Positions 26,291 to 37,500 of a DNA stretch of 64,000 nt are shown piece by piece (within the stretch, counting starts at the first letter, position 1; each line of letters opens with the position of its first letter). Both the position numbers and the translations under genes were made by a program. The notes under the pieces are model-generated. The model was given only the letters and a program-made list of their open reading frames with translations. It ran no database searches and had not been told where the DNA came from. This DNA comes from Vicugna vicugna (taxonomy: Eukaryota). The stretch is from contig MU058687.1 in assembly GCA_013265495.1 (NCBI GenBank), positions 1,302,001 to 1,366,000 of the forward strand, written 5' to 3'.

Positions 26291-28849
26291 CAGTTGGGAC
26301 ATTGAGCACTTGAGAGGAAAACTTTGAGAGGCTGAGTGGAAAGATTCTAATTTGGCTATTAAGGGAGCGGGGACCAGAACTTCAGAGAAAATGTAGAGGT
26401 CACTTGGTGAATGTGAGCTGGGAGGAGTCCAGTTCGTGCTCCTGAGCGGGATATTTGGGTTGGAGTAACTGATTTCAGAATTAGCATCTTATTTAGCAAA
26501 CGTTGAGCACCTACTGTGCTAGCTAGTATTCAAATTAAATTTGGAATCTGTATTTAAATGTAATAAAACATTGTTTTAGCCCAGTGTGGGAGAGACCTAA
26601 TGCGATTTACCAGATAAGCGTTGTCCAGGGAAGGCAAATATTGATGTGTTTTCAATGTTTAAAACACTTTAGGGATCAAATTGCTAGTCTGTAGTAAGCA
26701 AATTTACACGGTAATCATTTCATGCTTTCCCTTAACAAATATTTTTTGACTACCAACTATGTGCCAGGTACTATACCATGCATGCGTGTATACCGACGTG
26801 TTTATTGATTTAACCGTTACTGAGAAGCTATCAAATATTCAGGGCTGAAGAAAATAGGAAGATGAAAGAGGAACTCTCAACAGACTACGTTTAGAATTAT
26901 CTACTTTGATTAAATTTATTGAGCATCTACTGAAATACCCAGAAGATGGACTATCAGCTTCTCCCAAATTAAATAATTGTTCTGTATATTCTTTCAGTCT
27001 ACCTAGTTATTTTCCTGAAACTGAAGTCCCACAGCCAAAACAAGAACAAACATAAAGGAGTTGTAAAGCATTTTAAAATCTGACAAATGTCATATAATAA
27101 TTATTTTATGAGGTGTCCACTTGGGAACATTTAGTTTATTTTATCACTGATCCAAGATATGATTGCTAATCTACTCAGTACATCCTGATAATTTGCATTG
27201 GCCTTTTCCCTGCCAGTGCAGGGAATCAGTAAGTACCAAACAGTTAATCTAGTCATTATTTACTCTTAGTCCTGAGGTTTTGCTAACCATCAGCAAGAGA
27301 TTTGCAACCCATAAAATACCCGTGTGTGTTTTTTCCTTTAAATTTGTATCTTATATTTAAATAATAGTTCATAAGTTTTAAAATATTTTCACATATATTA
27401 ATGATCTCATTTGGCATTTTCAAAAACCATGTGACATAGGCTGGGCAAGTCTGTTCATTTTACAGATGAGGAAACTGAGGTTCTGAGAAGCCAAACAAAT
27501 TTTGTACCCAGTCCTGTAGTTTAAAAGTGGCAAATTCAGTCTGAGTACCTGAGCCTTCTTCAAGAAGGCGCTACTATTTATTATTTTAAAGATGAAAAAA
27601 ATGAGACTTAGAGAAAGTGAGTTACTTTCTTAAGTCACAGCTCTCAGTTCCTTTCTTGTCCTATATTCTTACTTATCCTGGCCTCTGGCTTTGTCCTGTC
27701 CCCTTTTCCTCCTTTATATTTTTCTTCCTAGCACTCACCACTATAATGCCACATACATTTTACTTACTTACCGCATTTATTAATCTGTCTCCCTAACTAG
27801 GATATCTGTTTTGTGAGGGCAGGGATTTTTGTCTGTTTTGTTCACTGCTTTATCTTCTGAATCTAACATAGTGCCTGGCACTTAGAAGGCACAATAAATA
27901 ATGGTCCAGTGAATGCAAGATTAATTCCTTAGCTCCTAGCAGAAGGTCTAACAGCAAGTCTTTCCCATTATTCCTTAGCTGTTTTCACACACATGTGTTT
28001 AATCTATAATGCATCCAAAGTACAGGTACTATTTCAATTTCACCAACAAAATTCATATCTTTGTTTAATTGAAAAATGTGTTCTTGTTTCCATGTAAGAA
28101 CACAGGAAAAAAAAAATCTCCCCTCTATGTTATGGAACTAGAGAGCAGAGTAGATACTCCTGAGGAATATGAATTTTTAAACTCTGCGTCTGCATTAAAC
28201 AAGGTACAGATTACATCTGTTTGGGGAAAAGGCCTCATTCTGAATTGGAAAGCAAATGGAAACTGTCCCACAAGTTTTTCCTGACCTAACAGTCCTCTGC
28301 CATCCCATCATCCTGAAACTTCCGCAGCCAGATCCACCTAAGGTTGCTGAAGCCTCCGGAGCCTCTGGAGGTGAAGAGATGTCACCACGATACAGCCTCT
28401 ACCCAGTCTATCCTTAACCACAGGTTTGTCAACCTTCCGTTTATATGAGAGGGAGTATGTTTAAAACACACCTCTCCCCAGACAGTGAATCAGAAAGTCT
28501 TATTAAAAATCTGCATTTGTAATAAGCTTGCTGGGCAGTTCTGTGGTTGGGAGTCCTTGGAAGAGCTAAGGCCCCCTCCACGCCTCCTTTAACCAGCCTA
28601 ATCCTCCCATGTGGCTTGAGGCTCCCCAGCTTCAACACAAAAGCAGTCAAGGATTCCTAACTCTGGTGTCCTGCCCGTACAAGTGTACAGTCCTACTCAC
28701 GGTGTGTATTTAAATAGCTGAAACAAGATGGGTTCTGTGAAGATACAGAAGAGCCTTTTAGAAAGCAATTTGGCAATATTTGTCATGTGTCATGCTCTTT
28801 GACCCAGAGAGTGATGCCAAGGCCCTTTCCTATGGGTCCTCTAAGTCCT

Positions 28850-30180
28850 AGGGTTCCCCAGGAGCTGGTCCTGGATCTTCTGTGCTGCTGTCTGGGTGAT
28901 CTTGTCCAGTCCGTGACTAAAAGCATCCACAGACCAATAACTCCCATATACCCTTTAAATGCATCCAGAGACTGATAAGTCCCAAATGTGAATCTCCAGC
29001 CCTGACCTCTCCCCTAAATTCCAGAGTCTATATCAGGCTCCATAATTGACATCTCCACTTGGGTGACTAATAGGCAAGTCATACTTAACTCTTGATTTTC
29101 CCTCTCCCCCGGCTCCCAAGTCTGCCTCTTCCCCATCTTAGTAAACGACACCGCCTGCTACTTCTTCATGGAGGCCATCCTTGTTTCCTCTTTCTTTTAC
29201 CCCCACCCTACACAGAGTTAGTTCATCAGCAAGTCCTACCAGTTCTGTGTCCTAAATATATGCCAAACAGTCTCTACATCTCTCTAAGCTGCGGATCAGC
29301 AAACTACTGCCCAGCTAGGTAGGCCACACCTGGTATGCAACCTCTTGTTTTCGAATCACCCAAAAGCCAAGATTAGTTTCTACATTTTTAGAGAATTGTT
29401 AAAGGAAAAAAAAAACTAGAAAGAGGAGGAGCAGGAGAGAGAGGAGGCAAAGAAGAATGTGTGACAGAGAGTTTATGTGGCTCACAAAACCTAACATATT
29501 TACTCTCTGACCCTTTATAGAAAGTTTTTCTCATCTAGATGAGACAACAGCCTCCCTACTGTTGTCTGCCTCCAGTCTTGCACCACTATAATCATGCTCC
29601 TTAATACACCTCGTGTTTTCTTAAAAAGTGTAAGTCAGATCAATCAGAATAACACCTAAATACTGCAGCCCCCGTGGTCTGGCTCCTGCCTACCTCTCTA
29701 ATCCCATCTTACCCAGGGATCACTTCCTCCCATCACCCACCCATCCACTCTCCTATAGTCACCTGGCCTTCCAAACAGTTTTAGTTCTACCTGTATCAGA
29801 GCCTTTGCACTGAATGTCTACCTGGAACTCCCCTCTCCACATCTTGTCCCATGAACTCTGGACTCTGCCGGCTGCTTCACATCATTCAGGTCCCAACTCC
29901 AGAGTCACCTCGCAGAGAGCCCATCTTGCATAACTAACCCTGCCCCACGTTACTTTTCATCATGTGATCTGGCTTTATGATCTGTATAGTACTTGCTACT
30001 ATTTGAGAGTATTCTGTAATTTCTTTTTTGTTTGTTTGTATATTATCACCCAACCCTACTGGACCTTAAGCTCTAAGAGAGCAAGGTCTTTATTTTGTGT
30101 CTGATAGATCCCTGAGGCCAAGCACAATAGTCTGTACATACTGGGTGGTCAACAGATATTTGCTGAATGAATGAATGAAA
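28850..30180 (+). mobile_element. LINE-2 3' region (degraded)
   Basis: ATCTCCAGCCCTGACCTCTCCCCTAAATTCCAGA... through ...TATTTGCTGAATGAATGAATG, the L2 3' terminus. Other L2 relics at about 4830-5040, 27700-27915, 37840-38185, 52400-52770 and 62900-63500. Confidence 0.7.
29290..29535 (+). mobile_element. MER58-like hAT element inserted in L2
   Basis: CAGCAAACTAC...TATGTGGCTCACAAAACCTAACATATTTACTCTCTGACCCTTTATAGAAAGTTT. Confidence 0.55.
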
Positions 30181-32723
30181 TAATACAGCATAATATAAAT
30201 CACTTAGCACATCAACAGAGAACAGTTGCTCAATAAATGCTAGTTCCTCTATCTCATATTTTAACTGCCGTTTTTTTCACATGGAGAAGCTGCGGCCCAA
30301 AGTTGTTAAGTGACATGCTACAAGCCATACAATGAGTCAGTGTTAGAGCTGAGAATAGAAATGAGAGCTCTTCACTGTAGACCGGTATTCAGACATTAAT
30401 TGTCGTTACATTTGATAATACATGATATGTATTATTGAGTTCCCACTCTACTGACAAATTTTAGATTCTTCTGGGTACTCTTTTTTCTACCTTCACTTAT
30501 ATTCATAGTGCAACTTTTGTGGGGTTTAAGTAAATTTTAGTCTTTCAGAACATCCATGAAGATATTAATAGTTGATGTGCAGCTCATAGCATTTATTAGC
30601 ATCTCCCCTCAATTCGCTCTGCTCCAAAAAGCAAGATTTATCTTCCTCTCCAGATTCCCATGATGCTGAATTTTTATCTTTCCGGATGGGAAGCATGAAC
30701 TCCTCACCAACGCTCCACCAAAATGAATGCTCTTCATCAGTGTTGTCTATGGAACATTGTTAAGTTAAACCACTTGGCCTTATATGTTATAGCCTGTAAA
30801 TCCTGATTGCTAGGATCAAAGTTCTTCTAGTGATATATGTGAGCTGAAAGCACTAAGAAGTCTGGATTTAACAAAAATTGTTAGGAAGAATTTCAGAAAT
30901 GATGCAAGCAAAAGATAAAAATGTGTCCCAAAAGAAGAAGTTTCAGAAAACATAAGAACCATCACGTGAACCATCACCACGACCGACATGCCTTGAGAGC
31001 AAACCAAAGCTGAAAAGGACAGGAGTAGAAGGGAGGCATCTCCTCTGCCCCATAAGCGCTGTTTGCTTATGGAGAACACCAGCCCTAGAGCCCAGGGCAG
31101 AGAGATGAAGTCCTGGATGCCAGAAAGACAGAACCCCAAGTCAGGGATGAGATGAAAAGAAATCCACTGGACCAGTTGGAGTGAAGGAACCAAGGGACAA
31201 AAAAGAAGAGTTGTGAAGATGAGACTCTAGGGGAGCAGGAAGCAGGGTCAGGGAGGTCAGCAGGAGAAGGGAGGAGCCCCCCATTTACCTTATGCCCATA
31301 GCCACGTATGCTTCTGAGAAGAAAAAGGTATTGAGAAGGAACAGAAGAAACAGAGGAATTGTTCAGTATTTTGTGAAGTAGCCCCAGAGATGAGGTCCTC
31401 CAAAGGAGGATTGAAATGGCATCTACCCCCAAACCCCTGGGTACAGCCATGCCTGAAGCCTATGCATAAGCAAATACTCAGAGGGCTTGAGATTACTTCA
31501 AAAGTGCTCTGAGACCTTAAAGCTTGGTGATCTAGAGCAGAAGACTACAATGTTTTCAGCCTTCACCCCTGGTTCTGAGAAAATTTTGTTTCCGTTTCAA
31601 TGAGTTTTCCTTGATAGGCCACTAAGTGGTCAGGGTCTGGTGTGCACTATCACCAGCTATCTTTGAAATCCACCAAAACTCATTATCCTTCCACAAAAGC
31701 TCCATCTTGCGAGCCAAATGGACCATTCAGATGGGAAAACACCACCAGCTGCAGGCACCTAGATAATGTCCACATGACTTTTCTTTTATTATTGACTTGA
31801 TCACCTCTGCACACTGGAATCACTTGGCAGCTTTTTAAAACCTGCCAACGCCAGGACTCACCTGGAATCCAAAGCAGATACTGAAAACAGAAATATCTGT
31901 TTCTAGTCCCAGGGAATAGCATATTTCAGTGGATCCCTAACTTTGCTGCACATCTGGAGATCTTTAATAAACACTGATATCCAACCCCTGATGTAAGTGG
32001 TATGGGTGCAGCCTGGGTAATGGGATTTGTAAAAACTTCCCTGTAATCCAGCAGGGATCCAGGGTTGAAAACTAATGCTCCACCTAACTCTTGGCCATTC
32101 CTATTTTGGTGCCTAACCTTTCCATGCCTTCCAAGTAGCATGTTCTCAATAAATATTTCTCAGTCTGATTTGCATCCCTGTTTCTCCTGCTCTAGCACCG
32201 CTGCCCTTTCTCCTAGAACAAGACATGAAATTAGACCTCTGGTCAGTGGAGAACCTGAAACACCAGCCTGGGTACAAGGTTCACTCCTGGGCTGGCCATG
32301 TTCCGCCAGCTCAAGTGTTAGCAAAGAGGGAGGAATGGGAAGCAAGGGCTTCAGATGAGGAGGAAGCTCTCCCCGCAGGCACATGAGAGAGGCTTTTTCT
32401 TCTCTTTGGCAGAAAATCATTGTGGCACGTGGACAAAGAAAATATTAATAACCTTCCTAAAGAGGTACTTCTCCAAGATTTGGTGTTTTCACAGACCACA
32501 GCCAGTGCTGTCAGTTCTACAGATGGCCAACTTCTGCATTTCAGATAGTGGCTTCTGAGGACAGCTCAGCTTGCATCCCTAAAGCAGAAGGCCCAGCCAC
32601 GGGGAAGGGAATCGTCAGAGTCTCTAAGCCAGAGGTCAAAAGCCGCTACCCACATGTTGGTCGGGGGCAAGAAGACTGACCCCCAAGCAAAGTCATTCGA
32701 GAAAATCGACTCTAAATTTGGAG

Positions 32724-32855
32724 CTCAGCAGGAGGTTATAGTTCAGAGCTCACGCTTAGCATGCACAAGGTCCTGGGTTCAATCCCCAGTACCTCCATTA
32801 AACAAACAAACAAACAAACAAATACCTAATTACCCCACCCCACCCCCAAAATAAA
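32724..32855 (+). mobile_element. tRNA-derived SINE (Vic-1-like)
   Basis: GCTTAGCATGCACAAGGTCCTGGGTTCAATCCCCAGTACCTCC core. 11-bp TSD TAAATTTGGAG at 32713-32723 and 32856-32866. Confidence 0.85.
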
Positions 32856-33324
32856 TAAATTTGGAGTGAAATGAAAGCAACATTGCGGCATTATAATAAC
32901 CAGGGCTTCGTGGCAAGCCCATGTTGAGAGCCATGGTCTGGGCACCTCACTGGAGGTGTACTCTAGACAGGGGTCCTGGCTCTGCCCTGCCATCCACTCA
33001 CTGGGTGACCTTGGACTGGAAGTCATGCCATCTAGATGTTGACTCGCTCCTTTGTAAAATGTAAAGCCAAAGACTGAAGACAGAGCCTTTCTTTGACTTC
33101 CTATAAGCAATCATCCAAAACGAAGTGGAGAAGTCATGGGCTTGCAAAGCTGATGCTAGTACATCACTCACAGCTGAGCTCCACCACCCTGCTTCTGGGT
33201 CTGGTGTCCTGGCTAGGGGCTCAGCAAGCACAGCTGAGCTGTCTGCAGGCCATGACCTCCAGAGCTCAGCATCTAATGGCAAAGACCTCCCAAGGGCGAA
33301 TGGTGTGACTAGGATGAAAGCCTC

Positions 33325-33765
33325 TGTGTCAGTTTCCTAGCGCTGCCATAACACATTACCACAAACTTGGTGGCTTAAAACAACAAAAATGCATTCTGTC
33401 ACAGTTTTGGAGGCCAGAAGTCTGAAATCAAGGTGTCAGTGGGGACGGGCTCCACCTGAAGTCTCTAGGGGAGAATTTTTGCTGGCGTCTTCCAGCTTCT
33501 GGTGGTCCTGGTGGCTCCCTGCTTTCCTTGCCTTGTGGCAGCATGACTCCAATCTCTGCCTCTGTCTTCACATGGACTTTTCTTTTGTGTCTCTCCTCTC
33601 TGTCTCCTATGACACTTGTTGTTTAGGATCCACCCGGATAATCCAGGATAATCTCAAGATCCTTAATTACATCAGCCTAGACCCTTTTACCAATTAAAGT
33701 CATACAGGTTTCAGGGATTAGGACCTCAGTATATCTTTTTGGGGGACACAGTTGAACCCAATATA
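33325..33765 (-). mobile_element. MaLR solo LTR (MLT1-type)
   Basis: TGTGTCAGTTTCCTAGCGCTGCCATAACACATTACCACAAACTTGGTGGCTTAAAACAAC start; 5-bp TSD GCCTC at 33320-33324 and 33766-33770. Confidence 0.88.
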
Positions 33766-34299
33766 GCCTCCAAATGGAGAAAGGTAGAGGGTTGTACAAA
33801 CGCCTATCCATCTTTAAAGTTCAGGTCATCAATTTTCAATGTGTACAAGTACTGAATCATTATGTTGTACGCCTGAAACTCATATAATGTTATATGTCAG
33901 TTATACCTCAATTGAGGAAAAAAAAAAGCCTAGGTCAAATGCCACCTTATCCAGGAGGACTTGCCATTTCACACCACCCAGACACTATCTCCATTGGGCC
34001 ATCCAGTTATTCCTGCACTGTCTGTACGTTCCCCTCCTACCTCTAGACCACCTGTATCAGAATCAACTATGGAGTTGATTAAAAATACGAATTTCTGTCT
34101 TCCCTGCCCCAGCCCTACCACTGTCCCTGCTGCCAGAGTCAGGCTTTCTGAGTGTGGAGCCCCAGTGTGTGCATTTTAGATCATCTCCCTGGGAGATTCT
34201 GCTGCACCAGAGGTTTACCCATGCCATGCTGTGAACTCCATGACCAGTTCTCTGCTGGATCTCTAGATGTCTTACATTTATTTCAGCTGATAAGAGGCG

Positions 34300-34520
34300 G
34301 GATGTAAGTGCATGGTCCTAGAGTCAGAACGCCTGAGTTCTGTTTCCTACTACTGTGTGACTTCAGGCTAGTTACCTAAACTCTCTGTGCTTCTGCTGCC
34401 TCATGTAAATGAGGAAAATTATAGTGCCTACCTCTTAAGACTATGGTGAGGATTAAATGAAATAAAACATGTAAAACATTGAGAATAGTGTCTGGCACAT
34501 CTTATGCACTCAGTAAATTT
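34300..34520 (+). mobile_element. MIR SINE
   Basis: CTAGAGTCAGAACGCCTGAGTTC...TGTGTGACTTCAGGCTAGTTACCTAAACTCTCTGTGC...GTGAGGATTAAATGA...TCTGGCACAT. Other MIRs at about 8770-8940, 24985-25150, 27400-27560, 34610-34790, 35650-35850, 36720-36900, 38320-38580, 53700-53830 and 57740-57900. Confidence 0.8.
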
Positions 34521-37500
34521 AAGTTGTTGTGAAATAGAACAGGTTAGCAGTAGCTAATTTTTCCCTCCCTCCTAGGAACATATCTTATCATCACCAGTTA
34601 TTTCTAACATTTATTGAATCTTTTTCTTTTCTGGGCACTGTGCTAAGCTTAGCAAGAGCTTTATCTTTTTTACACTCACAACAATGGTATACGACAGATG
34701 GTATTATTATCTCCCATTTTATGGATAAGGAAACTGAGGCTCAGACAGGTTAAATAAATTGCCCAAAGTCCCGCAGTCAGTAAACAGCAAGGCCGGGAAG
34801 CGCAGTATCAGCTCAGGTCCCTGTTTCCACAGCAACCCTGCCCTTCTACTTCTGCGATCCCCTGAAGGCATTCCCTATGCCCTCATCAGGCCCAGCCACC
34901 TCTCTGAACCAGCTTCCTAAACCTCCCTCACACAGCTTCCCCACATCAAGTTCCCCACTTTTTCTGGTCCCTCTAAGCCATACTTTTTCATTCTTTGCCT
35001 CCTTAGTCTGGGCCCTTCAGGAAAATATCCTCTTCTGAGAGGTGTTGAATCTAACCATATTTCTCCTCCATCTTCCTGGGGAGCTCCTTCAAATCCTACA
35101 TCTGCCCCAAAGGTCTCCCAAACCCAAATCCCTCGCCTTACACGCAGCCACTCTGGCTGGTTTCTCCCTCAACCCCCAGGTGGCCCTGGTGTCCACCGAG
35201 AGCCTGCTTCCCTCTTCCTTCCTTGTCTCTGTAGCTCCTTCAGGCGGGGAAACCTATAGGCCTGGATGTCAGAGAAGCAAAGCCAGTCAAACTTCTGGAG
35301 GCCGCTCTATCCTCCACTAAATCCCAGGTCTCCTGGCCTCCACTATTTCTCCCCTCAGCCCCTGTCAGGGAAGGGCCTCTCACCCTGCCCCACTCTGTGG
35401 CCCAATGTCCCACTTCTGGTCCCTGGCCCAGGGCCTGGGGCCACCGTCAGGCACATGGGCCTTATCACTACACAAACACTTCCTCTTCCCCCAGTACTGC
35501 TCTCACACAATAGGTAATCAGGGTAAACTTCCTCTGACAATTTACTGAACAAACACTCACTAAGCCCCTGCCCTGTACTAAGGCTGGAGGGGAGCCCCAA
35601 CCTGGTCTCCACCTGGAGGAGATTTGAATCTGGTCAAGATGAAGTATTAAAAACCCAGTGCTTTGTGACCCAGCACACCTGGATTCTAATCCCATTTCAG
35701 CTCTTTACTAGCTGTTTGTACCTTGGAGCCAGTTTCTAATCCTGAGTTTTCTTAGCTTTGAAATGGGGGTAATGCTGCCTAGGTTGGCTGTGGGAATTAA
35801 CTAAGATAAGATCCATAAAAAGCCCTGGCAGAACCCCTGAGATAATGATGTTAGCTCCTGAGTTCCTGGGGGAGGGTCTGCCAGGAGCTGGAGGAGGCTT
35901 CCTTCAGGTGGGAGAGGAGTGTGGTTATAATAGGAATGGCTTCCTCCAGGAAAGCCTTTCATTCTGCCTTGAAAGTAAAACGCCATAAAGAATGGCTTCT
36001 TTCTGTGGTTCCTGTACTTTTGAGGTCTCAGAGTAGATATGGTGCCACTTTTCAGGTTTCAGTTGAGTGGTCCCTGCCCACAGGCCAGCCAATCAGTTAG
36101 TCAACAAGCACGCATTAGTAATTCATGTGTTGGGGTACAGAACATAACCCCTTAGTTTAACAGGGTGGTGGCAGTGCTTGGGCATAATCTGTCCATGTGC
36201 AACAACGAGAGAACTTTACAGGATAAGCTGATTCCCTAGGCAAGAACGAACTCTCTGAGCACAGCCTATAAAGGAGAGATCATCGGAGGCTGAGTGGTTG
36301 AGAAATTTCTCCCTGCAGAGGAATCAGTGTGCAAAATAATAGCAGCCCAAGTAAAGCAACTGCAATAGGTCAAGACAGAAGAGTGAAAGCAGTTCCTTCT
36401 CAACACCCTTCTGTCAGAACATGCACGCTGAACGGAGACTTTCAACCTCCACGTTTGTTTTTTCTTAATACTTTAGGATTTCTTTGTGCTCTGGCGTGGG
36501 TTTGTAGGAGATGTGGTTGAGGAAGATGAGAGAGGGGCCAGAAGGGTGCTGGGCACTGGGAGGGGGCACCCAAGAAGCAGGGAGCACAGAGTGGTGGGCA
36601 ATGGGTAGGAAGAGTTGGCGAGCTGGCTCCTGGCCCCAGATCGGGTGACATGGGGAAAGGGTGATGCTGATTACCCCTCTACTGAAGGAAGATTCTGGAA
36701 AAGGACACCAAGAGGGAGCCTGGTACAGTGGCAGAGAGAGGCTGAGCTTTGGTGAGAGGCTGACTTGGTTTTCGTCGAACCCTGGGCACTGATCAGCTGT
36801 GTGGCCTTGGCCAAGTTACTTTACGTCTTTGAACCTCAGTTGCCTAATCTCTCAGTGAGAAGAACAGCATCTGTTCCAGGGAGCTTTTATGAGGCCCGGG
36901 GAACACAAAGCCTCCCAGAATAGAGTTGATCAAGCTCCCTTCCCCCTCAAGCTTCTAGGAATGCCCCAGAAATACGAGACTGATTATATTCAGTGTCTGG
37001 CTCTCTCCTCTGCCCACCCATGGTCGAGTTAGAATTAAGCTACTTATACTAAAGCTCCTTCCAGTTCTTGAATTCTCTGGTCACAAGTGTGGACTGAGTG
37101 GGAGAGGACAGTCATCAGCTGGTCACTGCTGCCACAAGGTGGGGAACTGAGCAGCCCACACAGTGCCTGCAGGTGCCAGAGCCTGTTAGGTGAGGCCCTG
37201 CGGGGAGCAGGAAGGGTGCCCAGAAGCCTGATAGTGCCTTCTTTCCTATCCAGGGTTCCTTCACTCCCCTTTGCCAAAATTTGCCTTGGGTGTTGGTGGA
37301 TGTGGCGATGAGGGTAAAGGTGGGGGGTTGGTGGGTAACTCTAGTAGCAAAAAGAAAGTTGCTGGCTGGCCCCACAAGAGTGAGTGTGCAGGGAAGCTAC
37401 CCAGAGGCTGATTTTAGCCCATTCTGAAAAAGAACATGGTAGTAATGGGATGTCCAACACTGGAAAGGTGTCTTGGTGAGAGCTGGGGTCCTGCAGAGTT

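Noticed and set aside
25518..26302. Overlapping 136-aa (+) and 152-aa (-) ORFs at the promoter
   Set aside because: GC-rich CpG-island sequence with non-ATG starts and no recognisable protein; expected by chance.
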